Positions 1 through 8,332 of a stretch of DNA of 64,000 bases are shown piece by piece (within the stretch, counting starts at the first letter, position 1; each line of letters opens with the position of its first letter). The notes under the pieces were generated by a model. It was not told the DNA's origin, did not search any database, and was given only the letters and a program-made list of their open reading frames with translations. Source of the stretch: an uncultured Acidobacteriota bacterium (lineage in GTDB: Bacteria; Acidobacteriota; Thermoanaerobaculia; Multivoradales; UBA5704); the NCBI GenBank assembly GCA_963700145.1, contig OY969474.1, forward strand, positions 1,152,001 through 1,216,000. Reading direction: 5' to 3'. The translations under genes were made by a program, and so were the position numbers.

Positions 1-1
1 C

Positions 2-298
2 GAGATCGTCATCCTCTTCCCCGAGGGCTCGCGCGGCGAGCCGGAGCGCTTGGCCGAATTCAAGAGCGGCGTCTGGCACCTGGCGCGCCGCTGTCCGGAG
101 GCGCCGGTCGTGCCGGTCTTCCTCCACGGCCTCGGCAAGACGCTGCCGCGCGGCTCCGTCCTGCCGGTCCCCTTTTTCTGCGACGTCTTCGTCGGCGAGC
201 CGGTGCCGCTCGGCGGCGACAAGGGCGCCTTCCTCGCCGATCTCAAGGCGCGGATGCAGGGGCTGGCGGCGGAAGGGCGGCTGTCGGTGTGGGAGTGA
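2..298 (+). CDS. Lysophospholipid acyltransferase (PlsC family), 5'-truncated by window edge
   Basis: Frame from base 2 reads EIVILFPEGSRG...FKSG...PVVPV, i.e. acyltransferase blocks III/IV. Confidence 0.85.
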   Translation, partial: EIVILFPEGSRGEPERLAEFKSGVWHLARRCPEAPVVPVFLHGLGKTLPRGSVLPVPFFCDVFVGEPVPLGGDKGAFLADLKARMQGLAAEGRLSVWE

Positions 299-828
299 TC
301 CTCGCCGTCGCCGCGCTCTGGGGGTTCGCGGAGGCGACGGTCTTCTTCCTCGTCCCCGACGTCTTGCTCACCTGGATCGCGCTCCACGACCGCGGACGTG
401 CGATCCGCGCCTGTCTTGCGGCGCTCGCGGGCGCCTTGCTGGGCGGAGCGCTGATGTTCGCCTGGGGAGCGCGCGACCCGGTGGCGGCGCGGGCGCTCCT
501 CGACCGGGTGCCCTCGATCTCGCGCGGGATGATCGAGCGGGTGGAGGGGGAGATCGCCGAGCGCGGGGCCGTCGCCACGGTCCTCGGCCCGCTGCGCGGT
601 ACGCCCTACAAGATCTACGCGGCGCTGAGCGGCGAGAAAGGAGAGGGCCTGGCGAGGTTCCTGGCCGTCTCCGTCCTCGCCCGTCTACCCCGCTTCCTGT
701 TGCTCACCTTGGCTGCCGCCGGCGTCTCCGCCCTCCTCCGCGGCTGGAGCCTCGGCCGCAAGCGCGCCCTCCATGCCGCGCTCTGGGGCGCCTTCTACGG
801 CGCATATTTCGCGCTGATGCCGAACTGA
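295..828 (+). CDS. YqaA/VTT(DedA)-like membrane protein
   Basis: GTGA overlap with upstream stop; WGFAEATVFFLVPDV and PYK motifs; several hydrophobic segments. Confidence 0.65.
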   Translation: MILAVAALWGFAEATVFFLVPDVLLTWIALHDRGRAIRACLAALAGALLGGALMFAWGARDPVAARALLDRVPSISRGMIERVEGEIAERGAVATVLGPLRGTPYKIYAALSGEKGEGLARFLAVSVLARLPRFLLLTLAAAGVSALLRGWSLGRKRALHAALWGAFYGAYFALMPN

Positions 829-866
829 TGCGCGTCACGGCGGTGGGCTAGAGTCTCCAGCCGCTC

Positions 867-2360
867 GTGACTCCAGCCGCCCCGCCACGCCTCGTCTACG
901 AGCTGTACGCCCGCCCCTGGCTCGCCGACCTGGCGCGCCGGTTGGGGCGGCGGATCACCCTCGCCGAGGCGCCGCGCGGCGAGCTCGACCGCCTGGCCGC
1001 CACGGGCGCCGACTTCCTCTGGCTGATGGGGGTCTGGCCGTCGGGGCCGCGCGGCATCGAGATCGCCCGCACGCTGCCGGAGCTACGCGCGGAGTACCTG
1101 CGCCTGCTGCCCGACTTCGCGGAGGCGGACGTCGGCGGCTCCCCCTACTCGATCGCGGCCTACAGCGTCGACCCGCTGCTCGGCGGCGCCGGCGCGCTGG
1201 CCTGGCTGCGCGCGCGGCTCGCCAACCGCGGCATCCGGCTGCTCCTCGACTTCGCCGTCAACCACACCGGCGTCGACCACCCCTGGGTGACCGAGAGCCC
1301 CGACCTCTACGTGCAGGGCGACGAGGAGGACCTGGCGCGGGCGCCGCGGGATTTCTTCGCCGTCGAGACGCAGCTCGGCCCGCGCGTCCTGGCGCACGGC
1401 CGCGATCCCTACTTCCCTCCCTGGACCGACACCGCGCAGCTCAACCTCTTCCATCCGGAGACCCGGCGGCGGCTGCGCGACACGCTGCTCGAGATGGCCG
1501 ACCTCTGCGACGGCGTGCGCTGCGACATGGCGATGCTGGCGCTCACGGAGGTCTTCGACCACACCTGGTGGGGACGGGCGCGCGCGCCGCTGCCGGCGCC
1601 GGCGGCGGGCGAGGCGTGGGGCGACCTGATCGGCGCGGTGCGAGAGAAGCGTCCCGACTTCCTCTTCGTCGCCGAGGCCTACTGGGGGCTCGAGCCGGCG
1701 CTCGAGGAGCTGGGCTTCGACGTCACCTACGACAAGACGCTCTACGAGCGGCTGCGCGACGGCTCCGGGCGCGCGGTGCGCGACCACCTGCTCGGCGACC
1801 CCGCCCGCCAGGGGCGCGCACTGCGCTTCCTCGAGAACCACGACGAGCCGCGCGCCGCCGCCGCCTTCCCCTGGGAGCGCCACCGCGCCGCCGCGGTCGT
1901 CGCCGCCACCGTCCCCGGCCTGCTGCTCCTCCACGACGGCCAGCTCGAAGGGCGGCGCGAGCGCCAGCCGGTCCAGCTCCTGCGCCGCCCGTCCGAGCCG
2001 GCGGCGCCCGAGGTGGCGGCCTTCTACGAGCGCCTCCTCGCCGCCGCGCGCCAGCGCCCGCAAAACGGCTGGCGCCTCCTCGCGCCGCGCCTGGCCTGGG
2101 ACGGAAACCCGACGAGCGAGGACTTCGTCGCCTCCGTTTGGGAGGAGAACGGCGGGCGGCGCCTGGCGGCGGTCAACTTCGCGCCGGCGCCGGGGCAGTG
2201 CTACCTGGAGCTGGCGGGGCTGGAAGGCGGCGAGGTCGAGTTGCGCGACGCGCTGTCGGAGGCGACCTACCGCCGCGACGGCGGCGAGCTGGCGGCGCGC
2301 GGCCTCTACCTCGACCTGCCGCCGTACGGCGCCCACCTGTTCGACGTGGTGCGCGTCTAG
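867..2360 (+). CDS. Alpha-amylase family (GH13) glycoside hydrolase
   Basis: LDFAVNH, DGVRCDMA, AEAYW, FLENHDE conserved regions. Confidence 0.9.
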   Translation: MTPAAPPRLVYELYARPWLADLARRLGRRITLAEAPRGELDRLAATGADFLWLMGVWPSGPRGIEIARTLPELRAEYLRLLPDFAEADVGGSPYSIAAYSVDPLLGGAGALAWLRARLANRGIRLLLDFAVNHTGVDHPWVTESPDLYVQGDEEDLARAPRDFFAVETQLGPRVLAHGRDPYFPPWTDTAQLNLFHPETRRRLRDTLLEMADLCDGVRCDMAMLALTEVFDHTWWGRARAPLPAPAAGEAWGDLIGAVREKRPDFLFVAEAYWGLEPALEELGFDVTYDKTLYERLRDGSGRAVRDHLLGDPARQGRALRFLENHDEPRAAAAFPWERHRAAAVVAATVPGLLLLHDGQLEGRRERQPVQLLRRPSEPAAPEVAAFYERLLAAARQRPQNGWRLLAPRLAWDGNPTSEDFVASVWEENGGRRLAAVNFAPAPGQCYLELAGLEGGEVELRDALSEATYRRDGGELAARGLYLDLPPYGAHLFDVVRV

Positions 2361-2806
2361 GACGCCGCCGAGCTGGGCGCCGCTACTTCCGCGCAGTGCT
2401 CGTCGAAGGCGGCCGTGAGGTCCCCGGCCACCTGCTCGGCGCTCCGCCCTTCGATGCGGTGGCGCGGCAGGAACCAGACCAGCTCGCCGTCTTTGAAGAG
2501 AGCCACCGACGGGCTGCTCGGCGGGACGTCGGGGATGTAGCCGCGGAAGCGCGCCGTCGCCTCGACGTCCTGGCCGGCGAAGACGGTGGCGAGACGCTCG
2601 GGGCGGCGCTCGTGGCGCAGCGCCAGGCGCACGCCGGGGCGGGCCATGCCGGCGGCGCAGCCGCAGACCGAGTTGACGACGAGCAGTGCGGTGCCGGACG
2701 CGCTGCGCATCCAGTCGTCCACCTGCTGCGGGGTGGTGAGCTCTTCGACGCCGGCGCTGGTCAATTCCTCGCGCATCGGGCGGACTAGCAATGGGCTGTG
2801 GGGCAC
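2357..2806 (-). CDS. Bacilliredoxin BrxA/BrxB (YphP family)
   Basis: NSVCGCAAG motif, VFAGQD, PSSPS; AAGGAGG RBS before GTG at 2806. Confidence 0.9.
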   Translation of the reverse strand: MPHSPLLVRPMREELTSAGVEELTTPQQVDDWMRSASGTALLVVNSVCGCAAGMARPGVRLALRHERRPERLATVFAGQDVEATARFRGYIPDVPPSSPSVALFKDGELVWFLPRHRIEGRSAEQVAGDLTAAFDEHCAEVAAPSSAAS

Positions 2807-2903
2807 GGGGGCACCTCCTTCGTTCTCGGCTATTCTATCGGAGCCCGGCGCGAACCCGCATCCGAGAATCGACCGCCCGCTCCGGCGGGCGACCTCTCGG
2901 GTA

Positions 2904-2926
2904 GCGGAGCCCAGACTGGGCTCCGC
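2904..2926. repeat. Perfect inverted repeat GCGGAGCCCAG-A-CTGGGCTCCGC in divergent intergenic region
   Basis: 11-bp arms read directly; second hairpin CGCCCGC-TCCG-GCGGGCG at ~2874-2891. Confidence 0.7.
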
Positions 2927-2951
2927 AAAGCCTTCGCGCCTAGACCGCCCC

Positions 2952-3680
2952 ATGCGCCGCCTGCCTTTCCTCACCCTCGCCGCCGCCGTCCTCCTCCTCG
3001 CCGCCGCCCCGCCGCCCAAGGCGCCCAAGGCGCCGACCCGCCCGCTGCGCGCCGGCTTCCTGATCGTCGACGGCGTCTACAACACCGAGCTGGCGGCGCC
3101 GTACGACGTCCTCCACCACGCCGGGCTGCACGCCAAGCCGGGGATCGAGGTCTTCACCGTCTCGCCGGACGGGCGGCCGGTGACCAGCTTCGAGGGGCTC
3201 AAGATCCAGGCCCACCACTCCTTCGCCAACGCGCCGGCGATCGACATCCTGGTCGTGCCGAGCACCAAGGGGAGCATGGACGCCGACCTCAAGCGCCCGG
3301 CGCTGATCGCCTGGGTGCGGAAGACGGGAGCCAAGGCGCGCTACGTCATGTCGCTCTGCGACGGCGCCTTCGTGCTCGCCAAGGCGGGGCTCCTCGACGG
3401 CGTCGCCGCCACCACCTTCCCCGACGACTACGAGCGCTTCGCCCGCGCCTTCCCGAAGGTGGACCTGCGCGTCAACGTCAGCTTCGTACAGGACGGCAAG
3501 GCGCTGACCTCGCAGGGGGGCGCGCGGAGCTACGCCGTGGCGCTCCATCTCGTGCAGCAGCTCTACGGGCTGAACGTGGCGAAGCGGGTGGCGCACGGTC
3601 TGCTCGTCCCGTGGCCGCCGGCGCCGGGGACCCGGCCGGGGTTCGTGGTCGAGGACGCGCTGCCGCCGCCGGGACGCTAG
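2952..3680 (+). CDS. DJ-1/PfpI family protein with signal peptide
   Basis: E in YNTELAAP, IDILVVP, SLCDGAFVLAKAGLLDG nucleophile elbow; hydrophobic N-terminus. Confidence 0.85.
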   Translation: MRRLPFLTLAAAVLLLAAAPPPKAPKAPTRPLRAGFLIVDGVYNTELAAPYDVLHHAGLHAKPGIEVFTVSPDGRPVTSFEGLKIQAHHSFANAPAIDILVVPSTKGSMDADLKRPALIAWVRKTGAKARYVMSLCDGAFVLAKAGLLDGVAATTFPDDYERFARAFPKVDLRVNVSFVQDGKALTSQGGARSYAVALHLVQQLYGLNVAKRVAHGLLVPWPPAPGTRPGFVVEDALPPPGR

Positions 3681-3994
3681 GCCGCCGACTCGTCCGGTGC
3701 TTCGGCCACCAGCAGCAGCTTCTCCGCCATCATCTCGCCGAGCACGCGGCGCACGTCCCTCTCCTCCGTCTCGGGCTCGGCCTCCAGCTCGTCCTCGAGC
3801 GCGTCGATCAGCTCGCCGACGCTGAGGCCGCGGGCGGTCAAGTCCCAGATCCGGCCGCTCAGCTCGTCGAGGGCGTAGTGGCGGCCGTTGTCGGGATCGA
3901 GGAGCACGCGGCTGCCGGCCACTTTTTGCTCGATCACCCGGGTGGTGGGCGTGAGTCGCGTGCGGGGATCCACGGTGAGGGGTGCGGGGTTCAA
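3677..3994 (-). CDS. PqqD family peptide chaperone (stand-alone RiPP recognition element)
   Basis: VLLDPDNGRHYALDELSGRIWDL...ELIDAL...DVRRVL pattern; ~100 aa; exact start uncertain. Confidence 0.8.
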   Translation of the reverse strand: MNPAPLTVDPRTRLTPTTRVIEQKVAGSRVLLDPDNGRHYALDELSGRIWDLTARGLSVGELIDALEDELEAEPETEERDVRRVLGEMMAEKLLLVAEAPDESAA

Positions 3995-4019
3995 GTTTCG
4001 TGCCTCCAGGGTCGAGGTC

Positions 4020-5195
4020 TCACCCCGGCGCGAGGACGAAGGCCGCCGCCAGGCCGTCGGCGACGGCGAGGCCGGCGGGCGAGGGGACCAGCCGCTCGCC
4101 GCGGCGCGCCAGCAGGCCGTCGGCGGCGAGCCGCTCGAGGAGCCCGGCGTTGGCGGCGAGGAGATCGACCGCGTAGCGCTCGCGCAGCGCCGCCAGGTCT
4201 ACGCCCTCGGCGCGGCGCAGCCCGAGGAGCAGGGCCTCGAGCGCCAGCTCCTCCCGCCCCAGCGTCTCGCCGCCGGCCTCCGGCCGCTCCCCCGCTTCGA
4301 CCCGCCGCTCCCAGGCGTCGAGCGAGCGCTCGTTCCACCAGCGGCGGCGGCCGTCGAAGGAGTGCGCCGAGGGGCCGAGCCCGAGGTAGGGCGCGTGCTC
4401 CCAGTACTTCCGGTTGTGGCGCGAGCGGTGCTCGGGCGCGCGGGCGAAGTTGGAGACCTCGTACGCCGGGTAGCCGGCGTCGGCGAGGAAGGCATGGGTG
4501 AGTGCGAAGAGCCCCGCCTGTGCCTCGCCGGGCAGCTCGCGCAGCGCGCCGCGGTCGCGGCGGGCGCCGAAGGGCGTCCCGTCGTGGACGGTGAGCTGGT
4601 AGCAGGAGAGGTGCTGCGGCGCGAGCCGCACCGCCTCTTCCAGTGTGCGCCGCCAGTCGGCCGGCGAGCCGCCGGGGAGGCCCTCGGGCAAGCCGTAGAT
4701 CAGATCGATCGAGACCGTCTCGAAGCCGGCGGCGAGCGCGAGCTCGACGCTGCGCCGCGCTTCGCCCGCGTCGTGGCGGCGGCCGAGAAAGGCGAGGTCC
4801 GCCGCCGCGAAGGACTGGACGCCGAGCGAGAGCGTGGCGACGCCGAGCGCCCGCCAGGCGGCCAGGCTCGCGGGCGTGACGTCCTCCGGGTTGGCTTCGA
4901 GGAAGACGCGGGCGCCGGCGACGACGCCGAGGCGCTCGCGGGCGGCTTCGAGGATGCGCGCCAGCTCCTCGGGCAGGAGGCAGGACGGCGTGCCGCCGCC
5001 GAAGTAGATCGTGTCGAAGCCGGCGAGCGGTGCCGGCGCGCCGGCCCACAGCCCGATCTCGGCGAGCAGATGCGCCACGAACCGCGCCCGCCGCTCCCGC
5101 CCCCCCGTCCGCACCGCGAAGTCGCAGTACGGGCAGACCGCCGAGCAGAACGGCACGTGGAGGTAGAGGCCGGGGGCGGCGGTGCGGGAAGGCAT
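4020..5195 (-). CDS. hemW: HemN-like radical SAM protein, probably heme chaperone HemW
   Basis: LYLHVPFCSAVCPYCDF (CxxxCxxC), YFGGGTPS, YEVSNFA, HNRKYW, YLGLGPSAHS. Confidence 0.85.
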   Translation of the reverse strand: MPSRTAAPGLYLHVPFCSAVCPYCDFAVRTGGRERRARFVAHLLAEIGLWAGAPAPLAGFDTIYFGGGTPSCLLPEELARILEAARERLGVVAGARVFLEANPEDVTPASLAAWRALGVATLSLGVQSFAAADLAFLGRRHDAGEARRSVELALAAGFETVSIDLIYGLPEGLPGGSPADWRRTLEEAVRLAPQHLSCYQLTVHDGTPFGARRDRGALRELPGEAQAGLFALTHAFLADAGYPAYEVSNFARAPEHRSRHNRKYWEHAPYLGLGPSAHSFDGRRRWWNERSLDAWERRVEAGERPEAGGETLGREELALEALLLGLRRAEGVDLAALRERYAVDLLAANAGLLERLAADGLLARRGERLVPSPAGLAVADGLAAAFVLAPG

Positions 5196-5230
5196 GCGCC
5201 GCGAGGGTAGCACCGGCGCGACGCACCGTT

Positions 5231-5259
5231 GAACCACCGGCCGCGCGCCGGGCACAGAC
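5231..5259 (+). promoter_or_regulatory. Candidate ECF-sigma promoter GAACC-N15-GGCACAGAC
   Basis: Same spacing and 7/9 match to the minus-strand motif at 60889-60917; 35 bp upstream of ATG 5295. Confidence 0.35.
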
Positions 5260-5294
5260 CGCCAAGCGGGAAAGAAAACTTGGAGGAGGGTGCC

Positions 5295-6950
5295 ATGCGC
5301 AGCGTCGCGCGGCTCGCGGCCACGGTTCTGCTTCTTTTCGCGCTTTCTCCCATTCCCGTCGTCGCCGGCACGCCGCCGAGCGGCGGCAACGCCAACTTCC
5401 GCGTCCCGCCGGCCGACCCCGCCCGGAGCACGCCGGCCAAGGCGAAGAAGCTCAAGGTGGTGCGCTCGCCGCGGGCCGCGCCGGAGGCGCTGGCGCCGAT
5501 CGACAGTGAGCCGGGCTACTGCGGCGACGGCCTCTGCCGCGGCGCCGACGGTGAGAGCTCCTCGAACTGCCCGGACGACTGCGGCGGCGGCTCGCCTCCT
5601 CCACCGCCCCCGCCGCCGCCCCCGAGCTGCGCGGGATTGAACGTGCGCGCCGTCAACGTTGTGGACAACGACCTGGTCGGGCCGATGCCGACCGGCGGCG
5701 GCAACTGTAACTGCGTCGTGCGCATCGACACCACGCGCCGGGCGGTGCGCGGCAGCGAGCTGTTCCAGGAGTGCGGCACCGCCAACTTCTTCAGCGACGG
5801 CCACTACGGCCACGGCAACTGCCCGCCGTGCCGGGACTTCCCCCACGACGCGCCGTTGGGCCGCTGGGGCGTCGAGCTCACGAACCCTTCGGTCGCGTCG
5901 CCTCTGCCCGGCGCCACGACCAGCGAGCCCAGCCTGGCGCAGGACTTCAAGCAGTGGCCCAGCTCGCGCACTCAGGCCCAAGACGGTCACGAGGGCGACT
6001 GGAACAGTTGCACCTGCGACACCCAGCACTTCGCCGCGGGCGAGGCAGACTCCCTGTTCCGGGCGCGCGCCGGCTGGTTCAAGATCAACAGCAGCGCGCA
6101 GACCTGCGCGCCCCTCGCCTCGCAAGTGATCTCCGTCGGCTTCACGCTCAACCTCTGGGAGCTCGATCCCGGCCTCACGCGCGACCAGGGCGACGACGAC
6201 CTGGTGGCCGTTTTCACCCGCGCTTTCGGCATCGGCCTGACGTGCGATGCGCCGAACGGGATCTGCACCGGCTCCGTCCCGGCGGTCTTCCAGAACCCGA
6301 CCGGATCGGTGGCTGGCGAGGGTGACGTCTCGATCGAGTGCCGCAGCCGCCCGTGGGAGGAGAGCTGTCTGTCCGAGTGCGGCTCGACGCGCGAGTGCGG
6401 CACGGACCGCTGCGGCAACGACTGCGGCGGCTGCCCCTGGCCGCAGGTCTGCAACGACGGCCGGTGCCAGAGCACCTGCACCCCTTGCCTCGGCCAAGAG
6501 TGTGGTTGGGACTTGAACTGCAACAGCGGCCAGTGGTGCGGCAGTTGCCCGCCGTCGCAGGTGTGCGAGGGCGGGACCTGTTGGGAGACTTGCACCCCCT
6601 GCGCAGGTCAGACTTGCGGCTGGGACCGTAACTGCGGCTCCTTCACCTGGTGCGGCGACTGCAACCCGCCCTTCGAGTGCAACAACTGGGGGCAGTGCGA
6701 GGACACGAGCGTCTGCGTCATCGAGTGCGGCGACGGGATCTGCTGCGTCTCGGAGACGGACCCGTGGTCCGAGCTGTACTGCCCGGCCGACTGCGGCTGG
6801 GGCGGGGGCGGTGGGGGTGGTGGCGGCGGCGGGGGCGGGGGCGGCGGCGGATGCAGTTGCGACTGCGACGGCGACGGCTGGGTGACCGACGCCGAGTGCA
6901 CCGGCGGCTGCGGCGGCCGGATCGAAGGGGAGTACTGCGTGCTCGACTAA
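5295..6950 (+). CDS. Secreted cysteine-rich repeat protein (about 50 Cys, poly-Pro and poly-Gly linkers)
   Basis: GGAGGAGG RBS; signal peptide; three 8-Cys repeats (e.g. CTPCxGQxCGWDxNC...CGxC...C...C); two CGDGxC...CPxDC modules. Confidence 0.85.
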   Translation: MRSVARLAATVLLLFALSPIPVVAGTPPSGGNANFRVPPADPARSTPAKAKKLKVVRSPRAAPEALAPIDSEPGYCGDGLCRGADGESSSNCPDDCGGGSPPPPPPPPPPSCAGLNVRAVNVVDNDLVGPMPTGGGNCNCVVRIDTTRRAVRGSELFQECGTANFFSDGHYGHGNCPPCRDFPHDAPLGRWGVELTNPSVASPLPGATTSEPSLAQDFKQWPSSRTQAQDGHEGDWNSCTCDTQHFAAGEADSLFRARAGWFKINSSAQTCAPLASQVISVGFTLNLWELDPGLTRDQGDDDLVAVFTRAFGIGLTCDAPNGICTGSVPAVFQNPTGSVAGEGDVSIECRSRPWEESCLSECGSTRECGTDRCGNDCGGCPWPQVCNDGRCQSTCTPCLGQECGWDLNCNSGQWCGSCPPSQVCEGGTCWETCTPCAGQTCGWDRNCGSFTWCGDCNPPFECNNWGQCEDTSVCVIECGDGICCVSETDPWSELYCPADCGWGGGGGGGGGGGGGGGGGCSCDCDGDGWVTDAECTGGCGGRIEGEYCVLD

Positions 6951-8332
6951 GGCGGCACGGGCGTGCTCGGCGCGACGGCGCGGCTGAACATCAGGCCGTC
7001 CACCACCTCGCCCCAGGGGGCGCGAATCTCCTGGTGGCCGAGCGGACGGCCGACCAGCGGGCGGCGGAGCCACTCGCCGCCCGCCGGCGGCCGCCGCAGG
7101 TCGACGATGGCATGCTCGAGGCAGGCGCGGCGCAGCAGGTCCTCGAGCGTGCCGGCGCTCGCCGGCGCGACCGGCTCGGGCTGCGGCTCGAAGGGAGTGG
7201 CGATACTCCCTTCATAGGCGGTGAAACCGAGGACGTACATCGCGTCTCCAAGCTCCTTCGCCGCCACCTCCCCCATCACCGTCACCTGGCGGTAGTGCTC
7301 GGCGAGGCCCGGCTCCTCGGGCTCGAGGGGGCCGAGCCCGCGCGCCGCGTGGTAGGTGGCCGCCCAGCCGACGATCTTCCGCCCCGGGTAGCGCCGCTGC
7401 GCCAGCCAGATCAGGTTCCGCCCCATCTGCGTGTCGCGCAGGCGCCCGATCTCCGCCGTGATCGACTGGGCCGCGGGATCGTAGAGCCACGCCTGCCGCG
7501 CGGCGGGGCCGATCCCCTCCAGCACCTGGAGCCAGAACGTGGTCTCCGCGTCGTCCGCGGCGCCACGCGCCGCCACCTCCGCGCGCACCGTCTCCAGGCG
7601 GCTCAGGAAGAGCGCCTGCTCCTCCGCCGGCGGGTCCGGCGCCTTGCCGCGCGGATAGAGGTTCTCGGCCAGCGCCTGGAGCTGCGCCGCGAACGGCTCC
7701 CACTCGGGGCCGCCGGCGAAGGGTGTGCCGAGCCGGTCTAGGTGGGCGCGGAGGTCGGCGACCAGGCGCTCGCGGCTGGCGCTGCCGGTGAACTGATCGT
7801 CGAAGCCGGCGAGCTCCAGCGGCCGCGGCCCGCGCGCCTGCGTGCCCAGGTAGGCGATGAGCGGTTGGACCTGCGCGCTCTTGGTCCAGATCGGGAAGAC
7901 GCAGCGCGGCACCGCCGTCGCCGCTGCCTCGCCGGCGCGCAGCCGCTCCCAGGCGACGGCGCAGTCGAAGAGCCCGCTCTCGAAAGCGAGGACGTCGAAG
8001 CCCATCTCCTGGTGCAGGAACGCGATCAGCCGCGTCTTGGCGAGGAAGACCGTACCCTCGCCGTGCGACTGCTCGCCGAGCAGCACGACGCGAGCGTCGC
8101 GGAGCACTTCCTTGAGCGGCTGGAGGTCGGCGAAGTCGTCGTCCGCGGGATCGACCGAGCGGACGCGGATGGCGTTGGCGGCGAGCCAGCGGACGCGCGG
8201 GTCGTTGGAGGCAGAACCTTCGAGACAGTCGGGGGCGGGCGCGGGGGCGGCGCGAGGCGGGGCGCTCGAAGAGCGGCAGGCGGCGAGGAGGAGAAGGAGG
8301 GCGAGGAGGCTGCGGCGTCGCGGAGCGGTCAT
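6947..8332 (-). CDS. Erythromycin esterase (EreA/EreB) family lipoprotein
   Basis: Lipobox LAAC; VVLLGEQSHG, GFDVLAFES, RDTQMGRN, WAATYH. Confidence 0.85.
   Translation of the reverse strand: MTAPRRRSLLALLLLLAACRSSSAPPRAAPAPAPDCLEGSASNDPRVRWLAANAIRVRSVDPADDDFADLQPLKEVLRDARVVLLGEQSHGEGTVFLAKTRLIAFLHQEMGFDVLAFESGLFDCAVAWERLRAGEAAATAVPRCVFPIWTKSAQVQPLIAYLGTQARGPRPLELAGFDDQFTGSASRERLVADLRAHLDRLGTPFAGGPEWEPFAAQLQALAENLYPRGKAPDPPAEEQALFLSRLETVRAEVAARGAADDAETTFWLQVLEGIGPAARQAWLYDPAAQSITAEIGRLRDTQMGRNLIWLAQRRYPGRKIVGWAATYHAARGLGPLEPEEPGLAEHYRQVTVMGEVAAKELGDAMYVLGFTAYEGSIATPFEPQPEPVAPASAGTLEDLLRRACLEHAIVDLRRPPAGGEWLRRPLVGRPLGHQEIRAPWGEVVDGLMFSRAVAPSTPVPP

Noticed and set aside
6799-6852. GGC/GGG microsatellite (and the PEP-coding repeats at ~32120-32290)
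   Set aside because: Explained by poly-Gly and Pro/Glu coding linkers with mixed codons
5196-7073. N-terminal ~620-aa extension of the HemN-like ORF
   Set aside because: Antisense to the Cys-rich gene; the homologous region begins at ATG 5195
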